From positions 6,816,001 to 6,880,000 of the forward strand of contig OZ245838.1 of NCBI GenBank assembly GCA_965228735.1: a stretch of DNA of 64,000 nucleotides, given 5' to 3'. Positions within the stretch are counted from its first letter, which is position 1; each line of letters starts with the position of its first letter. This document shows positions 54,073 to 62,967 of this stretch, piece after piece. The notes below the pieces were generated by a model. The model ran no database searches. It worked only from the letters and a program-made list of their open reading frames with translations, and was not told the DNA's origin. Both the position numbers and the translations under genes were made by a program. The DNA is from Planctomycetota bacterium. GTDB lineage: Bacteria; Planctomycetota; UBA1135; UBA2386.

Positions 54073-55188
54073 CTATCGAATCACCGGAAGCGGGCGCCGC
54101 GGCCGGGCCACGCCTTCGAGCCCGTAGCCGGGCCGCCGCGACAGCAGCACGACCTCGCCGTCGAAACCGGCCGCGACGAGCTCGTCGGTCGAGTTGCGGC
54201 CGTCGAGTTCACCGGTCGTCAACCAGTGGCCCTTCTGCGCGCCGGTCCAGATGTCGGTGACCTGCCACGAGCCGTCGGGCCCGCGTGACACCAGCTGCAC
54301 GATGCCGTTGTAGCCGTAGACCGCGACGGCCTCGCGATCGTCGGCGAAGAAGCGACCTGCCGCGACGCCGCGCAGCCCCTGGTCCGTCACGAGAATCGGT
54401 TCGCGCGCGACATCGCCGGGTGCGTCGAACATGACGCGCAGCAGCACGCCGTCGTCGCGGGTCACGTAGAACGTGCCGCGCTTGCGGCCGCGCGCGATTC
54501 GCCCGAGTCCCTGGCTCTCGTGCAACACCACGCGCGAGGTCAATCCCTGCCTGTCGAGCTGCATCGCGAGCAGGTGCCCGGCCCGGCTCACGCCGAGCAC
54601 GGTTGCCCGCTCGGACCCCGGTAGTTCAGCGACGAGCGCGTCCCGCACCCGGCCGCCGACGTGCCCGACGCGTTCGACCCGGAACGCTCCGGCTGCGCCG
54701 CTCGGCGATGCGCGGTAGACCGCACCCGAGATCCCGAACGCGAGCAGCTCGGCGCCGGCACCCTCGGCGAGTTCAGCGGTGAGCACGGTGTGGAACTCCT
54801 CGGCTGCGACGTGGCCGATCTCACGACTCTCGAGCGTGAATCGCGCGAACGGCTGCGGCCGCAGCGTGACCTGGTGGATCGAGCCGGCCTGGCCCGCGGC
54901 GTAGAGCTCCCGTCCGGGCAGGCGCGGATCGATATCGGCCGGCCGTGAGGGCGCGAGCCACTGCCGGTCGGGGGTGACCTGGTGCGGCGTCCATTTGCCG
55001 CTGTAGACCGACAGCACGAACAGGCGGCCGGCGTCGTCGGTGGCGATCACCTCGGGCGGGGCGTGGGCCTCGACGACCTGGTCGACGTGCGCGTACCAGA
55101 CGCCGTCGTCGCCGGAGTGGATCGTCTGTGCCGCCCAATGTTCGGGCCCCTGCGGCAACAGCGATATCGCGAGGGCGAGCGCGATCAT
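54073..55188 (-). CDS. Hypothetical secreted beta-propeller protein
   Basis: MIALALAISLLPQ start overlaps the upstream TGA; repeated blade-like units. Confidence 0.7.
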   Translation of the reverse strand: MIALALAISLLPQGPEHWAAQTIHSGDDGVWYAHVDQVVEAHAPPEVIATDDAGRLFVLSVYSGKWTPHQVTPDRQWLAPSRPADIDPRLPGRELYAAGQAGSIHQVTLRPQPFARFTLESREIGHVAAEEFHTVLTAELAEGAGAELLAFGISGAVYRASPSGAAGAFRVERVGHVGGRVRDALVAELPGSERATVLGVSRAGHLLAMQLDRQGLTSRVVLHESQGLGRIARGRKRGTFYVTRDDGVLLRVMFDAPGDVAREPILVTDQGLRGVAAGRFFADDREAVAVYGYNGIVQLVSRGPDGSWQVTDIWTGAQKGHWLTTGELDGRNSTDELVAAGFDGEVVLLSRRPGYGLEGVARPRRPLPVIR

Positions 55189-56579
55189 AGGATCGTGAAG
55201 CTGGCGCCGCGCGAAGCCGCGAGCAGGCCCGAGGCCTGCTCGTAGACGAAGCCCTGGGTGTAGACCGCGATGCCTGTCAACGCCGGTCCCGGCGGCAACG
55301 GGAAGTCCACCCTGCCGGTGCCGTTGCTCAGCGTCGAGAAGACCGGATACGTCACGCCCAGATCGACGAGCACCGACATTCCGAACATCGTCGTCGGCAC
55401 CGTGCGCGCCAGGCTCATCACGAACAGCACCGGATCGCTGCTCGTCAGGCTCGCCTCGAGCGTCAACGAGAACTGGAAGTTGCCGGGCTCGGGCAGCCCG
55501 CCGGGATTCGGCGTGAGCTGCCAGTCGTAGGTCGCGGCGCCGGGCGTCCCGGCGCCGAACGCTTCGGGGTTGGGATTGACGTCGAGCGCCGAGATCGTCG
55601 CGCGATCGGGTGTGATGAGCAGCGACTCGGGCGTACCCGGCTCGGCCCAGAACACGGAGCGAGCGGGGTTGCCCGCGTTCGCGGTCGCGAGGATGTGGTT
55701 GCCGGTTGCGCGCTCGACCGCGATCGCGTTGAGGGGGCCGATCGTCGTCACCACCGCCGATGTGGTCTGGGTCACCGGGTCGTAGCGGAACAGGTTCGGC
55801 GGTCCATTGAGGCACGCGACGAGGACGGTGCCGTCGAGGTCGACGGCCAGGTTCGACCCCGGCGCTGGCAGCGAAGCGACCTGCGTCGCGATGCCGCCGG
55901 CGATCGGCACCTCCCACAGGTCGCCGGCCATCGTCGAGATCCAGTTGGTGACGTAGATCGACTGGCCGTCTGGCGTCACCGCGAGGCCGTTCATCACACC
56001 CGGAAACTGGCTGAGGTTCGTGATGGGGATCGGGGTGAGCGCGCCGGTCTGCGTATCGAGGATGCCGATGCCTTGCCAATGAAAGCTCGCGGTCAGGGCC
56101 TGTGCCAGCGGGCTGTTGGCGGTGAGGTCCGTCGCGGCGACGACGACACGGCCGTCGGGCAACAACCCCATTTGCGGGGACTCGGCCTCGACGACGCTCG
56201 TGCCGATGCTGAATGCCTGGCTCGAGACGACCGCGGCGGCGTTGAGGTGCAGCACGTGCACGTCCACACTGGTGCCGGCGGGAGCGCGCTCGGCGGCGAT
56301 GATCGCCTCGTCGCTCGGGCGACGCAGCAGCGCAGCAACGCCACGGTTGGTCTGCAGTGGATCGTAGGACAGAGCTGCCGGCAGGCCGGTGACCTCGATC
56401 GCCGGCGCGGCCGTGTCGCGCGGGTGCACGAAGAAGATGCCGTTCTGGCCGGTGGCGCCCTGGAACGAGCCGAACATCACGTAGCCGTCGGGCACCTGTG
56501 CGGTCGCCGTGGCCGCGGTGAGCAGCAGTTCGGTGGTGAGGGTGGCGAGGAAGGAGAGGGAAGTGAGGGTGGTCTGCAT
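55185..56579 (-). CDS. Secreted beta-propeller protein with conserved-looking C-terminal domain
   Basis: Signal peptide ending ATA-Q; GLAVTPDG and LAVDLDG blades; GGAGG SD. Confidence 0.8.
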   Translation of the reverse strand: MQTTLTSLSFLATLTTELLLTAATATAQVPDGYVMFGSFQGATGQNGIFFVHPRDTAAPAIEVTGLPAALSYDPLQTNRGVAALLRRPSDEAIIAAERAPAGTSVDVHVLHLNAAAVVSSQAFSIGTSVVEAESPQMGLLPDGRVVVAATDLTANSPLAQALTASFHWQGIGILDTQTGALTPIPITNLSQFPGVMNGLAVTPDGQSIYVTNWISTMAGDLWEVPIAGGIATQVASLPAPGSNLAVDLDGTVLVACLNGPPNLFRYDPVTQTTSAVVTTIGPLNAIAVERATGNHILATANAGNPARSVFWAEPGTPESLLITPDRATISALDVNPNPEAFGAGTPGAATYDWQLTPNPGGLPEPGNFQFSLTLEASLTSSDPVLFVMSLARTVPTTMFGMSVLVDLGVTYPVFSTLSNGTGRVDFPLPPGPALTGIAVYTQGFVYEQASGLLAASRGASFTIL

Positions 56580-56813
56580 GATTTGCCTCCGATCGGAACC
56601 AGGTGCCGGGATGAGCAACGGCCATGCCACCACGCGCGTAGTCCGCTCGATTCCCGTTGCGGTTACGAGGCCGTGCCGGCGGCGACGCAGGTGTCGCGGT
56701 GATGTGACGCCATCGCGCCTCGCTGACCGAAGCGCGCGCCGTTCGTCGTCACGCCGCCACTACGTCGTGTGCCACATACGCGACGCGGTGGGCCGAGGCC
56801 GTGGCGGGCTCCC

Positions 56814-56985
56814 TCAGCGGCCGATCGAGACCCTCAGCCCGTCGCTGCCGACGACGGTGAGCGAACCAGCGAACAGCGCGAACCACTGGGTCGTGAACGT
56901 CTCGCCCGCGAGCGCGATCTGGTTGGGGATGGCGACGCCGAACGACGTTGCGCCGGCAGCGCGCCGCAGGGTGCTCAGCAGCAGG
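56814..56985 (-). pseudogene. Orphan C-terminal fragment of a secreted protein
   Basis: Startless frame ...GATSFGVAIPNQIALAGETFTTQWFALFAGSLTVVGSDGLRVSIGR*, resembling the C-termini of 55185..56579 and 45465..47165. Confidence 0.5.
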
Positions 56986-57074
56986 GGAGCAGGAAGCGCA
57001 CGCCATGATGATTGCGATTGCGCACCATGCGGTCGCCGACCTGCGAGCGGTGTCGGCGTCCGCAGGTCGACGCG

Positions 57075-58256
57075 CTACCACATCAGCAACGCGGTCTCGC
57101 CGTGCGATGCCGCCCAGTAGAGTCGCACGCGAAGGACGTAGCGCCGGTTCGCGATGAACTTGTAGTCCAGCGTGGCGTTGAGCGCGGTGCCGCTGTCGTC
57201 GTCGCCATCGCGATACCGGAGTTCATTGCCGTCCTCCTCGAACAGCACGATCACCGTGTCGGAGTCGCCGAACGTGCGGATCGTGCGCCAGCCGGTCGTG
57301 GTCGGAACGATCGAGAAGTTCGCCTGCTCGCCTGGCCCGAGCTCGAGTCGCTCGAGTTCGAACGCCCGGAGCTCGGGGTGGGTGTTCTGGATCGGCGGGT
57401 AGAACAGTTGGACCTGGTCGATGTCCTTGCTCGACAGGCCCGCCGCGGGAATCAGGTCGTTGTTCTGGAACTCCGAGGGGTGCTCGATCAGCCCCGCCTC
57501 GAAGTGGTAGTGCATGATCGAGTCCCTGTCCCAATTGGTGCCGGACACGTCGTCGGCCGGGAGCTTGTTCAGGATGTTGTGCCGGATCTGACTCTCGGTC
57601 CAGTTGTTCGGCGGGCCGGAGAACGAATCGAGCACGGCGGCCTCGTCCCAGACGATGCCGCTGAGCGGGTTCTGGTGTTCGTGCGGAAAGCCGAGTGCGT
57701 GGCCGATCTCGTGCAGTGCCGTGTCACGGCCGTACTGGGTCGTCAGATCCCAGCCGAAGTTCATCGTCCAATCGGTTGGCGAGCCGCCGTAGTCGATCGC
57801 GTCGCGCCCGACGTACGAGGCCGAGCCTCCCGGTCGGAAACTGATCTTGATCTCGGCGTCCGACGGGTCGTTCACCTCTTCGAATTCCAGGCCGATGCCG
57901 AGGTCCCTCCACTCCTGGAACGCGTCGCGAACCGCCTGCTTCTGGTTCGCGGCGCCGACCCAGTTGTCGGGCAGCCAGGCGCCGGCGGTGGCCTTCTCGA
58001 AGAAGTAGTAGTGCAGGGTCGTGCCGTTCACCCACTTCTTCGACGTGCGTCGAATCAGCTCGAGGCGACGCGGCGAAACGTCGCCGTCGACCGGCCGTTC
58101 CGGCACGTCGACGAGTTTGCAGAACGCCGGCTTGCCTGCGGTCTTCCGTCCTGTGCTCGACGAGCCCTTGCCGTCGTCGTGGACGATGTTGTCTTCGATG
58201 CGGTCGAGGCGGCGCTCGATCTTGGTGAGGCGCGAAGCCAGTTTCTTTTCGGACAT
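57075..58256 (-). CDS. Metzincin (M12/astacin-like) zinc metallopeptidase
   Basis: HEIGHALGFPHEH and Met-turn SIMHY; C-terminal PPC-like domain. Confidence 0.92.
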   Translation of the reverse strand: MSEKKLASRLTKIERRLDRIEDNIVHDDGKGSSSTGRKTAGKPAFCKLVDVPERPVDGDVSPRRLELIRRTSKKWVNGTTLHYYFFEKATAGAWLPDNWVGAANQKQAVRDAFQEWRDLGIGLEFEEVNDPSDAEIKISFRPGGSASYVGRDAIDYGGSPTDWTMNFGWDLTTQYGRDTALHEIGHALGFPHEHQNPLSGIVWDEAAVLDSFSGPPNNWTESQIRHNILNKLPADDVSGTNWDRDSIMHYHFEAGLIEHPSEFQNNDLIPAAGLSSKDIDQVQLFYPPIQNTHPELRAFELERLELGPGEQANFSIVPTTTGWRTIRTFGDSDTVIVLFEEDGNELRYRDGDDDSGTALNATLDYKFIANRRYVLRVRLYWAASHGETALLMW

Positions 58257-58543
58257 GGATCTCTCCTTCTTTCCTTCCCGTTCCCTTCCCTGCCGTCCCG
58301 TCGGATCGCCCTTCGGATCCGGTCTGCGTTGCTATTGTCTCGTTTCCCTCGGTCGGCGTCGAGCCCCGCGGCCGCCTTTCTGGCGATCTCGACGACCGGC
58401 GGCCCGGGCCGAACCGCGTCCCCTCGGAACGGCAATCCGCGCGGCGAGGGTCGGTCGCGCCGCGCGACTCACCAGCAGCACGAGCAACCCGACCGTCATC
58501 GATCAGGTGCCGGCGCGAGGCGCCTGGCCGATCACCGTTACGC

Positions 58544-59260
58544 TCAGTCTCCGAGCGGCCGATGCTGGTTGACGAAGAGGCTGACCTCCGCACCAGCGCA
58601 GCGCTCATGCAGTCGTTGTTGCAGGTTCGCGAGGCTCCGAGCCGTGCCGCGGAACACCGAGAATGTCAGGGTCGTCTGGTCGGCGACGTCGCTCATGCCG
58701 TCGAGCGCGGCCGGCTGCCCCTGTTCACGGCTGCTCTCGAGCACCGCCTCGAGGGTTGCGTTGGTCTGCTCCTTGGGCACGGTGACAACGAGCGACGCGA
58801 CGGCGCTGCGGCTGCGCGCGAAGCGCGGCACGACGCGCAGGATCACGAGCAGCAGGAACGTGAGCGTGAGCAGCAGTGCGAGCATCACGAAGTTGAGCGT
58901 CGCGGAGCAGATCGACGTCGCGATCAGCGCCATGAGGAAGCCGATCTCCTCCGGTTCTTTGAGCGGCATCCGGAAACGCACGATCGACAGCGCGCCCAGG
59001 AGGCCGAGCGACATCGGCAGCGAGTACTGCAGGCACACGAAGATCGCCGTGATCGAGATCCCCAGCACGGGAAACGCGCGGTGGACGTCCGACCCCGTCG
59101 CGCGCCGTTCGAAGAACACCGCGTAGAGGAAGAACAGGGTCATCGACGACGCAACGCTGAGGAGCAGGATGACGAGTAGCGGCAGCCAGTCGGTCACCGC
59201 GACGTCCTGCAGGCGCAACTCGCCGAGCCGGCGGAAGATCGACTGGAGCCACTCGAGCAT
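58544..59260 (-). CDS. DUF4956 family membrane protein
   Basis: SLGLLGALSIVRFR.PLKEP; adjacent to a VTC gene. Confidence 0.88.
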   Translation of the reverse strand: MLEWLQSIFRRLGELRLQDVAVTDWLPLLVILLLSVASSMTLFFLYAVFFERRATGSDVHRAFPVLGISITAIFVCLQYSLPMSLGLLGALSIVRFRMPLKEPEEIGFLMALIATSICSATLNFVMLALLLTLTFLLLVILRVVPRFARSRSAVASLVVTVPKEQTNATLEAVLESSREQGQPAALDGMSDVADQTTLTFSVFRGTARSLANLQQRLHERCAGAEVSLFVNQHRPLGD

Positions 59261-59265
59261 GGGTG

Positions 59266-59916
59266 TCAATCGGCCTCGGCGAGGAGGCCATACTTGGAGA
59301 ACGACGAGCGGCGAGCGCCCATCTCGCGCAGGAACGTGAGCGCGCGCGGGAGGTGGCGGGTGTCGCCCTTCGCCTCGACGACGACCCACGGGAGTGGGTG
59401 GTGGGCGCGTTGCGCCGTACGCGCGAGCAGCGGATGCACTTGCACGGCCCGGATCTCGGTGTCGAGTGCGACGCGCAAGGCACTCGTTCGCTCGACGAAG
59501 CGGTGGCGCCGGTAGACGACGTGCAGCGTCGGCTGCAGGTTGCCGAGCGGAACCTCGACTCCCGCCGCCCGCAGCATGCTCGGGACGCCACGCCACGCCG
59601 CGCTGTGCAGTGGAGCCTCGACGTCGACGTCGTCGAGCTGCACCCGGAGCTTCTGCCGTTGCGCGCCGGCCTTGCGCTTGCACTCGGCGAACGCGGCCTG
59701 TCGCCCGCTCGAGCCGTACCAGCGCACGCGGATCTTGGCCTTGAGCCGGTCCCCGTTGCGCACCTCGGCCACCGAGTCGAGTGTCGGCGTGTCGAAGTAG
59801 ACGCTGTGCACGACGTCGTCCGCGAACTCCCCATCCGGCGGCAGCACCGCTCGCAGCCGCGCGAGCAGACGCGGGGCGACGCTCGCGTGCGCAACGTATT
59901 TGCGTTCGTAGGACAT
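59266..59916 (-). CDS. VTC-domain (CYTH-like polyphosphate polymerase) protein
   Basis: YERKY, SVYFDT, KIRVRWY, ECK, RVALD, VEAK, FSKY. Confidence 0.88.
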   Translation of the reverse strand: MSYERKYVAHASVAPRLLARLRAVLPPDGEFADDVVHSVYFDTPTLDSVAEVRNGDRLKAKIRVRWYGSSGRQAAFAECKRKAGAQRQKLRVQLDDVDVEAPLHSAAWRGVPSMLRAAGVEVPLGNLQPTLHVVYRRHRFVERTSALRVALDTEIRAVQVHPLLARTAQRAHHPLPWVVVEAKGDTRHLPRALTFLREMGARRSSFSKYGLLAEAD

Positions 59917-60129
59917 GGGCCGGAACGAGGCTGCAAGTCTACCCGCGGTCGGTGCCGAGTTCTGGAGCGGAAGGACGGGTCAGGGCGGCATCTCCCGGGC
60001 CAACGCGCCTTCTGGAACGGGAAGTCGTCGACGTCAGTCCAGATCAGTGGACCCGTCCGCTCGATGTCCGCTTTCGGTCTCTTGCGATTGTGGGCGGACC
60101 GTGTCCTGACCGTCGGGTCGCAGCCTTGT

Positions 60130-60753
60130 CTAGCGCGCTTCGGCCGCATCCATGCTGCGGTCGTGCAACCGGCTGAGGAGCAACTGCGCGAGTATCGCGC
60201 CCGACACCGCCATCGTCATGTCCCACTGCGCGTCCCAGGGATCGCCCTGGTGGCCGAGCCATTCGGGCCCCGCGTCGGGGTAGAACAGCAGCACGCACCA
60301 CATCTCCAGCAGCTCGTAGGCGGCGCTGAAGCCGAGACAGCAGCCGGTCACCAGCCAGAATACCGTGCCACCTCGCGCCATTCCGCGCCGTCGAATCAGC
60401 CACTCTCGAAGGAGGATCGCCGGTACGAAGCCCTGGAAGAAGTGCCCGATGCGATCCACAGGGTTGCGCTCGAGGCCGAACCAGTGGAGCACGTCCTCCG
60501 GGATCGGTACGCCGGCGAACGTCCAGCGGCCGCCGATGCATTGAATCAAGAAGAACGCCGTGAGCAGGCCGTAGCTCAGGGTGCTGAACCGGAAGTAGCT
60601 GCGCCGGATCGCGAACACGATCAACACCGCCGCGAGCGGCAGCACCTCGAAGCCCCACGTTGCCGGGTCGGACGTTCCGAGCGCCGACCAGATCGCGCCG
60701 ATCGTGCAAGTCGCCATCAGCAGTGCGAAGACCCAGTTGTCGCGGGCGGCCAT
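60130..60753 (-). CDS. DUF2238/YjdF-like inner membrane protein
   Basis: RNPVDRIGHFFQGFVPA, YELLE, QGDPWDAQWDM. Confidence 0.88.
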   Translation of the reverse strand: MAARDNWVFALLMATCTIGAIWSALGTSDPATWGFEVLPLAAVLIVFAIRRSYFRFSTLSYGLLTAFFLIQCIGGRWTFAGVPIPEDVLHWFGLERNPVDRIGHFFQGFVPAILLREWLIRRRGMARGGTVFWLVTGCCLGFSAAYELLEMWCVLLFYPDAGPEWLGHQGDPWDAQWDMTMAVSGAILAQLLLSRLHDRSMDAAEAR

Positions 60754-60846
60754 GTCGACACTGTACCGATGCGTGCGACGAGATGACGATCGGGAGTCAT
60801 CGTCGCTGGCAGGTGAAGGCGGGGCGTGCCCCGCGCGTCGACCTCG

Positions 60847-61602
60847 CTAGCCGCTGGCGGTGCGGAACACGACGACCCGACCGCCGCTCGCCACGGCGGG
60901 CAAGCCGCGCCGCGGTAACGACATCACGCGAGGTGCCGACCTGCCGTCCGATGCCTTGGATCCTCGCTTCTGCTTCGAACCCGGCGGGGGGCCGGTTCGC
61001 CCGTTCGACTCGTTCTTCTTCGCGTCCGCGGGTTTGCGATACGGATTCTCGCCGTCCCTCAGCTCCAGCGGAATCGTCAGCACGTGGGTGCCGAACGCGA
61101 ACCGGAAGCGTGCCTTGTCGGCTTCGCCGACGGGATCGATCGCGAGGTGCAACCGCTTGTGGAGCTCCGCGGTCGATTTCGCATGCATGTGCCAGTCGAT
61201 CGGGATCGGCCCTTCCCCGCCCTGCTTGCGCAGGTTGAGTTCCCAGCACTGATCGCGGTCGATCGTGAAGTAGAGGTCGTAACGGCCCGGCGGGATCAGG
61301 TTGCCGCACGCGACGACGTGGTTGGTCGTGGCGAACGTGCCGATCGGTTTGCTCGCTGCGATCCGGTTGAACTCGGCGTGTCGGCTCTTCTGTCCCGGCA
61401 GCATCCGCCACATCCCCTTGCCGTAGGCGATCGCGGTGTAGTGCAACTCGACCATCGAGTCGCCGGGGAAGTCGATCCGGGTCGACAGGCGCGGCGCATT
61501 CTCGTTGATCGAGCCCGTGACCTGGGCCGCGGTGACTGCGGAGAACGCGGCCGCGGCGAGGCCCGCGGTCAGGACACAACGGCAACACGACGCCACGTTC
61601 AT
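60847..61602 (-). CDS. Secreted protein, DUF2911-like
   Basis: Signal peptide; VELHY..IAYG, LIPPGRYDLYF..W. Confidence 0.55.
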   Translation of the reverse strand: MNVASCCRCVLTAGLAAAAFSAVTAAQVTGSINENAPRLSTRIDFPGDSMVELHYTAIAYGKGMWRMLPGQKSRHAEFNRIAASKPIGTFATTNHVVACGNLIPPGRYDLYFTIDRDQCWELNLRKQGGEGPIPIDWHMHAKSTAELHKRLHLAIDPVGEADKARFRFAFGTHVLTIPLELRDGENPYRKPADAKKNESNGRTGPPPGSKQKRGSKASDGRSAPRVMSLPRRGLPAVASGGRVVVFRTASG

Positions 61603-61678
61603 CACCGTCGAGTCTAGCACACGGTGGTGCCGGCGATGGTGGGTGGGAGCTCCCGATGCTGCGGTTGTTTCGACTGCG

Positions 61679-62896
61679 CTAGATCGGCAGCCGTTCGAGC
61701 TCGAGGGTGACCGTCCGTTGATTCTCACCGCGCCGCAGCAGCAACGTGTGCTTCGCGGTCACGCCCTCGCGCAGCCCGTTCCACAGGCCCTCGATCCCGA
61801 TCTGCAGGGCCGAGCGGCCGTCGACCTCGAGCAACACGTCATCGCGTCGGATCCCGGCGCGATCGGCAGGCGAGCCCTCGTAGACGTGAAACACGCGGAT
61901 CTCGGTCGGGACGGCACCGTCCGCGGCGAACTCGAGGCCGGTCAGACTCTCGCGCAGCGGCGCGGTGATCGCTGCGTTGGGTTCGAGGAACATGCGCGTC
62001 CGGCGGTAGTCGAACGTGACGGTGAAGCGGCGCAGCAGTTCGCCGCCGATGATGCCGGCGTAGAAGCGCCGACCCGACGTGCCGTCGCTCACGACGGCGT
62101 GCGCGACGACATCAGTGAACGTGTGCCGGCCGAGCACCACCTTGTCGATGCGGACGAGCTTGCCCGTCGCCTGCGTGCCGCCGAAGCCCCAGCCGCGCGC
62201 GGCGACGCTGGGCTGATCCGCAGCGATGACCTCGTCGTAGAAGTGCGGCGACAGGCTGATCGTCTGCGCGCTCCCCGCGTCGACGAGGAACTTGCCCGTC
62301 ACCTCTTCGCCGTCACGTCGCGTCAGGCGCAGCTTCACGAGCGGCTTGGTGCGACGGATCTCGAGGTCGAGGGCTTCGCCCCGGCCCGAGTAACGAAAGC
62401 CCTCTGGCTCGTAGAGCCGCATGCGGCCGGCGCCATAGTCGAGTTCGACGACCTTCGCCTGCGGCAGGTCGTAGCCCATGATGCCCCACAGCGGCCGGCC
62501 GACCGCGCCCGTGAGCTGGCCCATCGGCACGGCGCCAACCGTTCGGTTAGGCCAGGTGAACGCGCCGAGCTGCAGCGTGACGCCCGACGTCTTGCCGAAG
62601 CGTACAGTGCCACCCGGTTGTGTCGACGTGCCGAGGTCCTGCACGGCGAAGCCGAGTCCCTCGACGAACGTGCGGTCGAGGAAAGTCTGCGTCGCGCCCG
62701 TGTCGAAGCACAGCCAGCGCGGTTCGCCACCTCCGACGGTCGCCCAGACGAACGGCAGGCCGAGCGGGGTCGTCATCGGCAGCGTCGCGATCGGGGTCGA
62801 TGGCGCGGGGTCGGCCTCGGGCCCCTGGGCGAGCACCAGCGCGGCGCAGGCCAACGCCGGGGCGATTCGGAAGAACGTGCGCGGCATGGTGTGCAT
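61679..62896 (-). CDS. Tandem retropepsin-like aspartyl protease with C-terminal PDZ domain
   Basis: FDTGA...GIMG and VDAGS...GIIG; GSPADRAGIRRDDVLLEVDG. Confidence 0.88.
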   Translation of the reverse strand: MHTMPRTFFRIAPALACAALVLAQGPEADPAPSTPIATLPMTTPLGLPFVWATVGGGEPRWLCFDTGATQTFLDRTFVEGLGFAVQDLGTSTQPGGTVRFGKTSGVTLQLGAFTWPNRTVGAVPMGQLTGAVGRPLWGIMGYDLPQAKVVELDYGAGRMRLYEPEGFRYSGRGEALDLEIRRTKPLVKLRLTRRDGEEVTGKFLVDAGSAQTISLSPHFYDEVIAADQPSVAARGWGFGGTQATGKLVRIDKVVLGRHTFTDVVAHAVVSDGTSGRRFYAGIIGGELLRRFTVTFDYRRTRMFLEPNAAITAPLRESLTGLEFAADGAVPTEIRVFHVYEGSPADRAGIRRDDVLLEVDGRSALQIGIEGLWNGLREGVTAKHTLLLRRGENQRTVTLELERLPI

Positions 62897-62967
62897 TGCT
62901 GCACAGTCGCCGGGCCCGTCGCCTGGGACTCAGCAGATCCGGAAATGTGCCCGCGATCCGGGAAGCG

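Noticed and set aside
56749..57081. 110-aa minus-strand ORF in the track
   Set aside because: Arg-rich off-frame read; the neighbouring frame carries the protein-like fragment.
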